The notes under the pieces: model-generated
The model's input: the letters and a program-made list of their open reading frames with translations, nothing else
Databases searched by the model: none
What the model was told of the DNA's origin: nothing
Position numbers and translations under genes: made by a program
Assembly (NCBI GenBank): GCA_043228905.1
Contig: JBHGNT010000002.1
Location: 1,426,001-1,490,000, forward strand
Direction of reading: 5' to 3'
Length of the DNA: 64,000 nucleotides
Source of the DNA: Azolla caroliniana
Taxonomy: Eukaryota; Plantae; Polypodiophyta
In this document: in pieces, positions 1-13,514 of the stretch
Numbering within the stretch: the stretch's first letter is position 1
How the letters are laid out: the number at the start of each line of letters is the position of its first letter

Positions 1-1235
1 ATTATTCTTCATAGCCATTCACCTAGGTTAAGGTGGCATTAATTACCACATAGATGAGTCAATGATAATACTCTCGATGAGAGAAAATCATAGGTGTAGA
101 ATCTAGAGATTATCAAAAACCTTGCCAAGGAAGAACCATATACATACTTCAATTGGGCACTTCTAGGATAATGACCCAACAAAATGGAAACAAAATAAAA
201 GAACGTGAATGATAGCAATATAAAATAAAGGGAGAAGCTTATTTTCTATATGTGTCTACTTCAATTAAAATCGAGACAAATCAAGTTTGTTTTCGTAGGT
301 TGATCGAAGCTATAATCTAGACTCTAGAGGATGTAAAGGTAATATGTGGCGTTTCAAACATTTTTGGAGTAAACACCCATTTATGAGTATAGAGTTCTAA
401 AAATAACGGTCAAAGGTGAAGAACTTTCATTTTGCTTATAGAAAGATGGGTATGGGATTTAGTGTATAGTTCAAGCTAAACGATAGCAATCCACCTTTGT
501 CTCTCCTTTGACTTGACAAAAAACAATAGATGTACTTATCTAGATGAAGTTACAACAAACCAAGAAGTTGCAATCCACATTGACCAATAAGTTCTATAGT
601 GGAACAACATATCGCCACAATTTAGAAAGAAGTAATAAGAAAACTAGTAAATATCATTAATGAGCTATCCAAATGGTACACACAATGTACATGACCATTT
701 TAACAACATATTTATGAGAATAAATTGGCTTGACCCAACAATGTTTCTTTATCATTGCATTATGTACCAACCTTTGATATTTAGCCTTCAATTTACAAAA
801 ATGGTATTAGAATAAAGAAATGGTTGCGGTGGGATAGAGAGAAACAACAAATAATGTGAGTATATGTAATGCATGCATCTCAATCAAAGTGTCAAAGTTC
901 CAAGAACAACACTCAATCATTTTGCCATTGATGGAGCCTCTTGCATTGCAATATAGGAACAATTGTTAGTGGATGGGTCAATAGCATCACATATGGAATC
1001 TTTGCATTTTACAATTGCAAAAGTTATTGATTGAATGAATAAAATAAAGATATATGTATACCCATCACCCACCACGAGGTCTTGTATTGGTACTCATTAA
1101 TTGGTCTCCCTTTCGGGTTTCACTCTCGTGCTCTTTTTCAATAATGCACGATGATAGTATACATAGATGAACATGTTTAATGAGTCATAATGTTAACTTG
1201 TGGGGCGATGAATGTTTTACTTGTGATACCATAAC

Positions 1236-1325
1236 CATAGATTGACATATTCGCATTCGTGGGGTTTCCCATTCGAATGCAAACGAATACGAATACGAAT
1301 GGGTAGTCAAGTATTCGTTTTACCC

Positions 1326-1356
<31 letters not shown>

Positions 1357-1860
1357 ACTTTTTTTAAAAACATTTCCTAAGATAAAAAAAGGAACTTAAC
1401 AATAAATAGGGATAATAAAAGAGGGACTTTGGGGATTTGACACTACTAAATTTTTATAATAAATGTATAGTCGTTTTATTTTTAATAAATAAATTAAATA
1501 AAATAAAGGCTCATTAATTTCTCACTTTTTATTTCCTCAAAATTTATGAATATTTTTATCTTGACATTAAAAATGGTACTTTAAACTAATCATATTTGTA
1601 TAATAAATATAAACATATTCGTTTTTAAAAAATTAATTAATTAAAATAAGTTTCATAAACTCTCTTAACACTATAATCTATTAATGAATAATTGTTTTTT
1701 TTTTGGTGAAATACATTTATTTTAATAAATAAATAAATTTTTATATTTATTTTACAAAACGAATGGTTTTTTAATATTCTTGGGGCCATTTTGTATTCTC
1801 GAATACTGAGAATATTGCGCATGGGGAATATCACGAATATAACGCATGTGTCAATCTATG
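1236..1860. mobile_element. Non-autonomous hAT-type MITE (625 bp)
   Basis: TIR CATAGATTGACATAT at 1236 vs ATGTGTCAATCTATG ending 1860 (14/15 match); perfect 8-bp TSD ACCATAAC at 1228-1235 and 1861-1868; subterminal CGAATA/ATTCG motifs; AT-rich non-coding core with a poly-C tract. An 8-bp TSD is characteristic of hAT. Confidence 0.9.
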
Positions 1861-3119
1861 ACCATAACTATTCAAAATAGAATGTTGTCATAAATAAAGT
1901 CTATGTGATACGAGGGGCAAGAGGGACACAATTAAGGCAATGGTATTGTCTTGAGACAATGAGTGAATGCCCAATATGGATAAGAATTAGATTGTTGAAA
2001 ACTGAGTTGATTGTGAATCGTCCATAGAACCCAAATTTGGGCCCATTCAAATAATATTGAGAAAGGGCCATATAATGATAGATTGGGTAACTTGTTGCGA
2101 GATAGAAAATCAAATCACGGGGAAAAGTCCAAAGTAGACAAAGAAGGGGTTCATATGCTTAGCTACACACCATCTATAGGTAGCCAAGGCAAATTTCTTT
2201 TACAATGCACCAATATGTCGGATCCCAAAGGAGGCATCACCTAGGGAAATAAACACTCCGGAAGAGGCACCAATATCTTCCTTACACCACATTGATTTTA
2301 TCGTCTCCACTCCAAACCAAAGGAAGTGAAAATTACACTTAGCTGTGACCTGCATGCACGATTCCGAAAGAGCCGATCAGGCCACCATTAAGCATGCAAT
2401 GTGCAAGCTTCACAAAGCCACCATGGTGTCGGGCCTTCATGCGGATAGGATGGGAGGGTGGAGCAGGGCAAGGCAAGGCCCAAAGCAGTCCCCCCCCCCC
2501 CCCCCGTCCGGCCGCACGTGACCAATGCTACATGCAACGAAGAGAGAGACGATTGATACGGATGCGTGGACACGACAATATGATTCAGATAATGACAGAG
2601 CCTCTCTCTGCGGGCAATATTTCTTCTTCAGTTTTTTGATTTTTTGGCTGTTTTTGTTTCTGAAGTAAAAGGGTGGTAAAAACAAACAGAAAAAAAACAA
2701 AAGCATTGGAAGCAGTAAAAAACAAAAAAGAAGAAGGAGAAAAACTACTAACTACTTTGCCTGCAATTCCTTCCTTGAGAGCAGAAGAAGGTTTTCGTTA
2801 ATTACAAGAATGCCCCTCCCCTCTATGGCTATGGCCAATAAAAAAAAAAAAAAAAAAAGCCTTTTGTTTTTTTTTAAGAGAGAAGTATAGTATTAACCAT
2901 ACGTGCCATACGTGCATTCGAGAACGTTACAATCATTCGCGTATGTTAAACACACTTGAAGTATGGTAAATACCATACTTTTGTATTCACGATAAATGTT
3001 TTTTTTTAAAGGTAAGAAAGTTAAGGTAAAAAGTGTAAAAAAAAAGAAGAAGGAAAGTTTTGATAACATACGCATTCGTATGAAAAAAAGAAAGTTTGCT
3101 AATGCATTCGAGTATGTAA

Positions 3120-3428
3120 TATGGGAGAAAGGGTCAAAATAGGAAAAGGAAAGGGAAAAGGAAAGCGGAGCAGGCGTGACAGACCTCTTGGCTATGGCGT
3201 AAGAAGCAGACAGGAGGAAGACGAAGACATAACAAATTACGTACACAGGACCGGCGGAAAAAGCAGAAGTAGACAGACAGGAAGAAGAAGCTTGACGAAG
3301 ACGAAGGAAGTTCCGGAGGCGGCAAAGGGAAGACAGATTCCAGAAGAAAGAGGAAGAACTAAATATGCCCCATCCCTACGCGTATTCTTAGCCTTTAGCG
3401 TGCTTCAATGGAGCTTCTTCCTATGCAG
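3120..3428 (+). promoter_or_regulatory. Probable promoter / first non-coding 5'UTR exon of the RGLG gene
   Basis: Purine(GA)-rich stretch ending in a good donor CAG|GTATGC at 3428/3429, followed by pyrimidine-rich intron-like sequence. Acceptor-like TTTGCAG at 3777 and GTACAG at 4908 lie upstream of the ATG. Boundaries are inferred; no transcript evidence. Confidence 0.4.
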
Positions 3429-4029
3429 GTATGCGCTCTCTTTGTTTTTTTCTTCTCTACATTCTCTATCATTCAATCCTCTCTATGTTATTCAGTTGAA
3501 GACAAGGATCCGTTGATAATGCGTGTTAAATGCAGATACGAGTAATGCTGTCTCTCTCTGATTATCTGATATACACGGAGAGAGAAAGATAGATATATAG
3601 AGAGAGAACTATTTAATTCATCGTTTTGCCTGTTTGTGAAGCTTTCTATATTTCTAAATCAATTTCCGAAGTAATCTTTTCCTATTTTTTTGCTTCCTAG
3701 TCATTTTCTGGTACAATATTTTCGAAGTGAGTTCTGGTATAAAACACTTAGCTTTTCTTCATGGATTCTTTTTGCAGGACCATCTCCACATACCTTTCTT
3801 GCCGCTTTTTCTTTTTCCTTTTCCTTTCCTTATTCTTTTTCTCTGCTGTGTAACTACACTGCAATTCTGGTTTTCAAATCTTCACATATCCTCTTTGTCA
3901 TTCACAACTTCTCTTCTCCTCAAATTTACATGTCTCGTTAATTCTGCACACATGTTTCTGATCCATTTTATGTGCGCTCAGCAGATAATAGTCAGTTTCC
4001 TAAGATTGATAACTGTAAGCTGATCGACA

Positions 4030-4760
4030 GGCCTCCACCATAGCTTTCGCAAGATCTAATGTCTGTCTGTAGTTCTCTGTAGTTTCCAAACTTGTTGCTT
4101 ATAATACGCACATACTCTTCCAAAACAAATACTCTGTATCCATATAATTACACTGGAAGCTTAAGCAAGAAATTAGATCTAATGTGGAGGTATGTTTTAC
4201 AGTAGTGTTTTTATTCATTTTATCCATAATAATCCACCATAGCTTATGCAATAAGCTAGTTTTATGTATTAATATAATTCTTTGTAGATTTTCGACTTAT
4301 TTTTATCCATGAAATTCCACCGTAGCTTATGTAATAAGTTAGATCTATTGTCTAGGTATTTACTGTAGTGCAGCAAACTTTTTATGAGTAGCTTGAACTA
4401 TATTTCTTTCTCTGGTCTTTATGCATTGAACACCATAGCTTATGTAATAAGCTATCACACCAATGTGTAGATATGTTGTAAGGCAATTAATCTTTTTATT
4501 TGGTAATATTTCACACTTGCAGAAGCATACAATTATGTTTTTTTTACTGAGATTTATGCATACAACTTCACAGATTATTCATGTGTAGATCTATTGTCTG
4601 TGGATATTCTTCCTCACTCGTCTTTTCATGGCTTTATATTTACTCCTTTACTCCTGCCAAAATCTTAAATCTTTATTTTTTACTGGCCTATATGCCATTA
4701 TTTATGCAATAAGCTATACATAATGCATGTGAAGGTCTATTTTACTGTAGTGAGAATTTC
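4030..4760. repeat. Decayed tandem repeat with palindromic core in the putative 5'UTR intron
   Basis: Motif CCACCATAGCTTATG(C/T)AATAAGCTA recurs at ~4035, 4234, 4317, 4431 and 4695, often followed by AGATCTA(A/T)TGT; the core TAGCTTA-N5-TAAGCTA is an inverted repeat. Confidence 0.7.
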
Positions 4761-5047
4761 TATGTGCTACAATTTCACCCTTTTATTTCATAAACGGTGC
4801 ATTTTTACTCAACTTTATTCATACAGCGCTGATCTAATATTTCAGTGTATTTTATTGTAGTTAATCTTTCAGAGTGTTAATATATTGCGAATCTTTCGTT
4901 CTGTACAGAATCATATTATCATTGGGAGTCCACACTGTGATTTTCTCTTGCTTCATTGTCAAGACAAGGATTTACCAGCAGAATCTCATCTCAGAATAAA
5001 TTTTAGTCATTGAATTTACAATTGAACTCATTCCCTTTAACCAAATT

Positions 5048-8000
5048 ATGGGAGGAAAATCATCAAAATCAACTTCCTTCTCATCTAGAGACAGTCGGTC
5101 TTCTTCTATAAAGAGACAATCTTCTTCGTCAACCAAGTCCATAAAACGATATGAAAGCGGGAAGAACCTTTCAAGGCAGTACTCTTATATTGGTGATGAC
5201 TATAAGAGTGTTGGACAGGTGCTTATCAAAGGCTGCTTGTTTCTTTAATTCTGATGTAAACATTTTGCTTTCTTCATGCTTTTCTCCTAAAGAGAAAATT
5301 TATGTAATTCTGATATGAATAAAAACGCACTTACGTTTTTTCTTTGTCATGCATATAAAGATTTGCAATCGTATGTATCTCCACAAAGGGTACCTTGAAA
5401 CTATTTTCTTTGTCTTTTTTTCTAAAGAGAAAAAAAAGTGTATCCTGATATTCACTATGACAGGAAAATCACAGAAAATGCTAGCTTTCTTCCGCCATGT
5501 AGGACTTTTGTTAAATCAATGCGTAACCTCAACAGTATACATTCAAGCTGAAGAAGAACTGTATAATTCTATTACAAATAGAAAGTTGCATATGATCATC
5601 ATAAACATGTCAAATTATTCTGTTATACACCAGATAAAATGTGCTTCGTTCTGCATGTAGAACTTTGTCAAATCAATGCATAACCTGAAAATGTACTCAC
5701 ATAACCATGTTATAGATAGAAAGTTGCATATGATGTACATATGCATGTTACACATTGACAACTTATTTCCAAAGCTTTATTTAGTTGAAATTTGTTGTAA
5801 ATCAGATATCTATTCCATAGAGCTAATTTTCTTGATTGGTTTTGTCTTCTCGGAACTGTTGTGTGATCACAGGTGACAGAGGCATTAAGAAATGCAGGTC
5901 TAGAATCCTCAAATCTGATTGTTGGTATTGATTTCACGAAAAGTAATGAATGGACAGGTGCATAGATTTCGTATACTTAATGTTTCAATAGCAATTGTTT
6001 GTACATGAATAATCTGCAAAAATACTACAATAACAACTTTAGAAACAATGCATGACTAAGTTAGGACATAATACATGACTAATCGAGAAAAGAATACATG
6101 ATTAAAGTAAGAAATGAGACACATATAATTTAGGAGACAATACATGAATAGTGTAGGAAATATTACATGAATAGTGAATAATGTAGGAACAATATGTCAA
6201 TAATAAGTGAACAATCTAGTAGACAATACGTGAACAATCTAGGCAACAATACATGAATAATCTCGGAAACAGGACATGAATAACCACGGAAATTATGCAT
6301 GACATAATCTATGAAAGGATGATAATTCTTTGTAAGACATTCTCTGCTGGTTGCTGACAGGTAAAGAGTCCTTCCATGGTAGAAGCCTACATGCAGTGAA
6401 TAACACATCGATGAATCCTTATGAGCAGGCCATTTCAATCATTGGCAGGACGCTTTCACCTTTTGATGATGATAACCTCATACCTTGTTTTGGATTTGGA
6501 GATGGTACGTTCGTTACCTTCCTTGAAACCTATCCATGGCAAACATGCCCATTTCTCCAGGGAAAAGTTTCCCATACCAATTACAACATAATAATTATTT
6601 GTCCAATTATAAATAAACAATTAATTTTCCCAATGTAACATTGATAGCTATGGTATTTAGTTCCATTGGGAACATACCTTGTTTTGGATTTGGAGATGGT
6701 ACGTTTGTTACCTTCCTTGAAACCTATCCATGGCAAACATGTCCATTTCTCCAGGGAAAAGTTTCCCATACCAATTACAACATAATAATTATTTGTCCAA
6801 TTATAAATAAACAATTAATTTTCCCAATGTAACATTGATAACTACGGTATTTGGTTCCATTGGGAATTTGCTAAGCTTGAGTGGCATTTTCAGGATTATG
6901 GTAACGTACAGCGGGCGTTTTGATAAATTTGCCTTTTTTATTATCTAACCCTGTAGTCCGTTCTTGAATTGTTTTTCTGCTATAGTGACAACACATGATC
7001 AAAACGTCTTCAGCTTCCTTCCTGATCAAAGGCCTTGCAATGGCTTTGAAGAGGTACTCTCACGTTACAAACAAATTGTTCCTCACTTGCGACTTGCAGG
7101 TTTGTATGTTGATGACCTCTGATTACCTCTGAAGTTTGAATCAAAACAAGATTAGAGTCTTGTCTAGTATACAATCGAAGCTTAATAAATTCCTTAAATT
7201 GAATATATTTCTAGGGCCGACATCTTTTGCACCTATCATTGAAGCTGCCATCGACATTGTTGTACAGAATGGTGGACAATACCATGTTTTACTGATAATA
7301 GCAGATGGTCAGGTACAAATATAGAGAACAATAATAGACATCACCTGCTTTCTACAAGATATGTGTCCAATACGTCTCTGTTTGATGTGTTTCTTTCAGG
7401 TGACAAGAAGTATTGACACTGGGTCAGGTAGCTTAAGTGTACAAGAGCAAAACACCATTGATGCTATTGTTGCAGCCAGGTGCATATATATGCTTACACA
7501 TATTGAATCATGTCCTCAGTTTTTTTTAATGTTTTTGGACCTTGGGGCACTCAGTTCAAGTTTAGATTATTCATCCTTTTTGTTGATATTTCCAAAATAG
7601 TGAGTATCCATTATCAATTGTATTGGTGGGTGTTGGTGATGGACCATGGGATATGATGAAGCAATTTGATGATAATATACCAGAACGTGTATTTGACAAC
7701 TTTCAGGTCATTTTCTGAAGGGCTTTAATATTGTACATGATAAATTTGAATTAAGATCTGACTTCATTCAAATATTTATAATGCAGTTTGTCAACTTCAC
7801 AGAGATCATGGCCAAGAATGTAAATCTAGAACAGAAAGAGGCAGCATTTGCATTGGCAGCATTAATGGAGATACCAAGTCAGTTTAAAGCTTCAGTCAAC
7901 TTCAACCTTTTGAAGTAAGATTAAATTAAAAAAGGATTGGCTCTGTGTATTAGTAGGTAGATATGCCCTTTCTAATAAAAATGGTCTTGACAGTCGACAA

Positions 8001-8555
8001 ACAGCTAGAAAATCCACTATTGATCCTTTGCCACCACCCATTGATGAAGTAGAAAGCTATCCAGCCTCTAGAAACCTTGGTTCAGTTAATCAACAAAGCA
8101 ATGCTTCTAGAGATGTATATTCATCATTTTCAACTGCAACCAGTGACGATTCTCAGGTGCAGAACTTGGCCTAAGATGGTTGATTTGAATTTGTTATCAA
8201 TTTTCTTATTTGCTGATGAAATTGACTTCTTACAATGATTGTTCTGGACTACCCACATGGGAAGTGTAATGTCTCATTTGTTGATACTCTCATTTGCAGC
8301 TTTGCCCGGTATGTCTAGCGAACACAAAGAACATGGCTTTCAACTGTGGGCATCAGGTTAATGTTTTATCTAACTGTAAAAATGCCATGTACATGTGTAT
8401 TTATTACTTTGAGCTATAAAACGTGATGCAAGTGTTAAGTTTTGTGACAATTCCCCTCACTTGAATCTGAGTAGACATGTCAAAGTTGCGGGGATGATTT
8501 ATCAACTTGTCCGATTTGTCGAGGAGTGATTTTATCAAGGTTGAGGCTGTATTGA
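5048..8555 (+). CDS. RGLG: RGLG-family E3 ubiquitin ligase (N-myristoylation motif, copine/vWA domain, C-terminal RING), 11 coding exons, ~408 aa
   Basis: Exons 5048-5218, 5873-5957, 6361-6504, 6986-7099, 7215-7312, 7400-7479, 7601-7706, 7787-7914, 7994-8156, 8300-8356, 8475-8555. All introns are GT-AG and phases are consistent (1227 nt). Motifs [88 protein letters not shown], and RING CPVC...FNCGHQTCQSC...CPICR...RLY*. Paralogue number cannot be assigned. Confidence 0.95.
6000..6330. repeat. Degenerate ~20-bp minisatellite (ACAATACATGAATA core) in RGLG coding intron 2
   Basis: More than ten imperfect (A)ATACATGA(A/C/T)TA units at short spacing. Confidence 0.75.
6479..6866 (+). repeat. 194-bp tandem duplication spanning the 3' end of RGLG exon 3 and its splice donor
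   Basis: 6479-6672 and 6673-6866 differ at about 5 positions; both contain GGAGATG|GTACGT. Confidence 0.95.
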
Positions 8556-11220
8556 GAGGATGAATGTGCTCATCATACCGATCGATTAAGTGCTTTCGAA
8601 AAAGATTGATAGAAAACTCATCATTCTTTACAACTGCTTGAGATCAAGAATCAGTGAATCCCTCCCTATCTTACATATTTGCTCATACTCATGTATTTAT
8701 AATATCACCTAGGTAACAGTTTCAGAAAGAAGAGAAGCATCACTAACACATGAGACATGATGTACATGATAGCAGAGACTGCAGATTGTTCTGAGTTGGT
8801 CGATCTGACAGAATGTTCAAACTTCTCCAGGTAGTTTCTTCAGTGGCTTTATCTGGAGAATTTGAATGTGACAATGAATGCTCAAAGTTCAAAACAGTTT
8901 GTCATCATAAATTATGGTTGGAACAAGAAAAGAGTGATTTGAGGCATTCAAACATATGCATGTATGTATATGTGAATATATAATATATATGCATCTCCAC
9001 ATTTGAGTCATGGATTGAACTACATGTTGCTGATGATGTTATTGAAGCAATTTGTAATGAACACATTGTCTAATGGTTAAGCCTGAACGGGTAATGCCTT
9101 GTTGGTAATATCCAAGTGGGCCTTTGATATCAAGGTTTGTATGATTTATCTCATTATTTTATGTAATAAGGTTCAGAATCCCATTTCACAACTTTTGTAT
9201 TGCAGTATACCAATCTATGATATGATTCCATTTGTTAATTTCTTCAATTTTTTGTGTCAACAAAATATTAATACATTGTTTGCATCACAGAAACTCTTGA
9301 ATGTGCACTTTGTATGCAGTGTCTCTATACTAATATAAATCAAAATTGCTTATCTGTGACTATCTCCGAAGCTTTGTAGGACAATTTCACATCTTAAAAA
9401 AGGAAAACTAGATGTCTTGAGAGATTCTTGTTTTCTTTGGGTGTTTGTAAATCATTTTGGCTTCTTAGGTACCATCTTAGCCTTAGAAATTTCTTAATCT
9501 CTTTGATAAATACAGTGTTTGACTGAGTATGTCAACTGTTTTCACCTCCCAATTCACATGACCTACTTCCCTACATTTTACATGTAACTGATGTTTTTCC
9601 ATGCGATCTATCTTCTGTAATATTTGAACAGTTATTGTAGCTGGATTATATTAAGCTATAATTACATCTATGCTTTGATGATAGTAGCCTAACATGAAGA
9701 ATCAAAGTTGCAAAAGCTACTAAACACATTAAGAATCTACAGATGCTTAGAGCTGATCTCTATGGTCTCAACAGGTTTTGGCGCCATCTTCTTTACAGAA
9801 CATGATAACGCGCCTGGAAAGACAAGATGATGTTTTAGTAGTTGATTCAATGCTCAATTTCTTCCAAGTAATATATTTGTACCCTTAATGCAGTTGATTA
9901 ATAACATTGGAATATATATGCTAATGTGGAGTAGAATATATTCATGACATTCTTTAAGTATCCTTTGGAAATACATGCTAAACAAATGCAAAGTCCAGAA
10001 TATGGTTTTAGTTAAACTTTAGCAATCAGTATTTTATTCTATCTTTATATATAACTTGTAGGATTCCCCTCGTGAAACAAGATGGCATGTAGCATTTCTC
10101 AATCCCATGTATCAAACTTAGGAACATGTGTATAATTTCAACAAAATTAAGTTCAATTTGAAATGGAAGATAACTAACCTTGTAAGATAGCTACTTGCAT
10201 GCATCAAAGTAGCCCACACAACAATGAAACTCAAAGAAAACATCGTCTACAAGTTCACATAACTATATCACACATCAAGATGACACATAAAAATGCTAAA
10301 AGGAATAGGTTTAGATAGTCCATTTATACATTAAGTATCCGTATGTTCTTGCACCAAAGTCATGACAAACCAAATAAATGAACCCCTTGCAAGTGGCAAC
10401 ATGTCAATGATAAAATAGTGGGTAAATGCCAATCTTGCACCCTATGTCCTTGCCATGAATATTGTTGGCCTTTTCATGGGTAAAAAAGATAACCTTGATC
10501 TCAATATCGCATGTCCACAAATTGGGTTTCTTAGTATGGAGGTATCTATATCACAATTCACATATGATTGATCATCTTCAGTGCATAGATTCATTGTCCA
10601 ATGGCACCTTTGTTTATGGAATTGCTACAATTCTCAAACCCATTCTTGCCCTCCTAGTGCATATTGAGTCTCCTTACCTTCACAAGTGTGTATCCATTCT
10701 TTGGATATTTGTCTAACCCCAAGAAAACCAAACTCAATTATGCATTTGTCAAAGGCCACATAGACACTACATGATGATTCCATCACCAAAATCAATTGTG
10801 TCATGTTTGAAGTACAAGTTGCTACTCTCTATGTGGCATTCACTGACACTATCATTTAATTGCTAGTGAGAGACACCGGGGCGGTCATCTTTAGCCCACA
10901 AAAATGAGCTTGGATTAACATGTAGACTATTGAAAGCCTTCAATTTGAACCTTGTGAAGAATAATGTGTCAAGGTGCTTTTTAATGAGGATTTTGGTGCT
11001 TGATAATTTTTTGTACCCAATGAAATTCCCATGTATGAGTATAGAATTATGAACACGGGTTCAACTAATTCTTGAGGAAACTCTTGGTTCTACCCCTTTC
11101 TTCTTTTTCAACAATTATAAGCAAACTAGGGTAACAAAGCTATTTAGATAATTGACCTAAGATTGTTGGCTTTGAGATATTTCATGCAATAGCAAGTGAA
11201 AAAGCTTCACTTTCTTAATA

Positions 11221-11253
<33 letters not shown>

Positions 11254-11689
11254 TTAAACATACATTATATGCTACATGAATTACATACTCCTCAACATCC
11301 TACTAGTAGATAGATATAAAATTAACGTCCATAGGAGAGACAAACACAATCTAAGAAATAGGGGTTGAGCCCATGGTGAGGATCTAACTTGAGATATCTC
11401 AAATTTATGACTTTGATGCTACAATGTAAAACACTAAGTCAACAACTAGACAAAGAAAGTTACAATAGCTCTATAAACGATTGACAAAAACAATACATAG
11501 GCTATGACAACAAAATGAGGTTACTACCACTTTGAAAGTAGATCAAACATTAATTATGGTACTTAGGGTATAAACATTAGCAAGACAGAGGTCAAGGTGA
11601 AGACATTAGCATAAAGAGGTTAACATAAGTCTGTCTCTGTCTCTGTCTCTCTCTATTTAAAGCCAGAGATAAGAATCAAGAATCAAGCC

Positions 11690-13490
11690 GGAGCACTATT
11701 ATGGAGCAAAAGATAAGCACATGGGCTGAAAGTACAAGCGAAAGAGCACTTGAGCAAGCAGGATTTAGACCAAAACACTCCACTGTGGATCATTTGGTCA
11801 CATTGAGAGTAATCACGGAAGAGAGTTGACTACAAGGAAAAACACTTTATTGTTGTTTTGTTGATTTTAAGAAAGCTTTTGATATCGTACCACAAAGTGA
11901 GCTTTGGAATAGAATGGCAGAGATTGACATGCCATTAGAGTACCGAGTTGCACGCCTATATGAACAAGTTAAATGCCAACTAAAAATGGATAGTGGATTC
12001 TCAAAACACTTTTTAAGTAACATGGGGGTCAAGCAAGGATGTCCACTATCACCCACACTCTTTGGCTTATGTATACATAAATTAGAAGAAGTGGTGAATA
12101 AGGTTGCAATATAAGAAGGATTGAATGCCCCCAAATTGATGCAACATGTTATCTTATTGCATCTATATGCAAATGATGTGGTGCTCTTCTCATATGATGT
12201 TGATAGTATGCAAAATTTACTTGGGGTATTAGAAGAATTTTGCCATAGTAGTGGACTAGCAGTGAATGTGGAGATAACAAAAATGATGGTAGTGCAAACC
12301 GTCCAAACTCATCATTACCCTATGCTCACATATAGAGGTGAACATATACAATTGTTCAAAGCTTTAAATATCTTGGTATTGATGTACCCGCCACAAATAA
12401 ATGGAGTGCATGCTTTGATTCTAGGCTCCAAGCCGGTTGGAAATCGTATTACCTTTTTGAGAACCAATGCAACCAAAGTGATACTTGTAGATGGGAAGTA
12501 AAACTAATGTTGTTCAATGCCATGGTAACTCAAGTATTGCTTTATGGAGTAGAAGTATGGGGTGACACCATCTCTCTTAATGCATGGAATGAGATTGAGA
12601 AAATTCAAAAGATGTTTTTAAGGAGGCAATTAGGAGTTAAATGCACTACCTCTTACCAGGTTATGCTCTTGGAAACATGTGTTCGGCCCATAGAAATATT
12701 GGCACTCCAAAGAGTATGTAAATACATTACAAAAGTCAAGAATATGCCGAATCATCGATTGCCACATCTTGCTTGGAATGCTGGATGTAAGCTACAAAAG
12801 ATTCATAAAAGTAAGATTCTCTCATCCGGTTGGGTTGTTGACATAAGGAAATGGTTTAGAAGATGGGGTTTGGATGATCTTTTAGAGCTTTCGGGCAATG
12901 CTATGCAATATGTAATGATTGAGGAAAGGTTGGTGGAATCATTAAGGATGAAGTGGGAAGATGCTAAGAGGACAAAGCTAGAATACTACATTGCAAATGT
13001 CAACCCTGAATGTTGGTCTCAATATAAAGCAAGAAGGCCTATTGATTGTATCCAAGCTTATCTCATTACCAATATCAGCAATAATGCTCGTAGAGCCCTT
13101 ACACTACTTCACACTCGATCTCACAAGTTAGGTATTGCAGTTGCATCATGGTATCAAAATGTAACTAATTTGAAGACATGTAAAGTATGCAATGAAGGCA
13201 TGGTAGAGAATGAATGTCACTTGCTCTTCATATGATTGACATATAGTGCAATTTGTTCAAGATATGTTGACAAACTAAGAGGGGGTGATAACTTAAGTGC
13301 CATACTTAAGACACCACCGAGAAGGTTGAGCTCATATGTGTATGCTTTATTCACACATAGAGAATTTGTGCTTCAATGTATGAATACCCCTTCTTAGGAA
13401 GGAGACACATCAAGAACACATGTATACTCTGGTCCCATAGATCAAAATTGGCCTCTTTATGGACGATAACAATTCTAATTCTAATTCTCT
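11690..13490 (+). mobile_element. 5'-truncated, decayed RTE/RTEX-like LINE (RT, C-terminal CCHC, microsatellite tail)
   Basis: Broken ORF with QAGFRPKHSTVDHL, CCFVDFKKAFD, GVKQGCPLSPTLF, LYANDVVL (YADD site) and CKVCNEGMVENECHLLF; stops and frameshifts; ends in (ATTCTA)n; CT microsatellite on both sides. Confidence 0.88.
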
Positions 13491-13514
13491 CTCTCTCTCT
13501 CTCTCTCTCTCTAG

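Noticed and set aside
1-1200. Possible decayed transposase or other coding relic
   Set aside because: No ORF or motif I can identify with confidence; needs a translated search.
1303-2505. Poly-C tracts at 1303-1326 and 2490-2505 as G-quadruplex elements
   Set aside because: Simple homopolymers of unreliable length with no further evidence of function.
2510-2920. G-box/ABRE-like ACGTG motifs (2515, 2901, 2910) upstream of RGLG
   Set aside because: Short motifs, non-canonical ABRE flanks and unknown TSS; compatible with chance.
4030-4760. Palindromic repeats with variable spacing resembling a CRISPR array
   Set aside because: Eukaryotic intron context, degenerate repeats, spacers similar to one another and irregular in length, no cas genes.
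10250-11200. Possible decayed DNA-transposon relic on the minus strand
   Set aside because: Coding-like texture but no recognisable motif, TIR or TSD.
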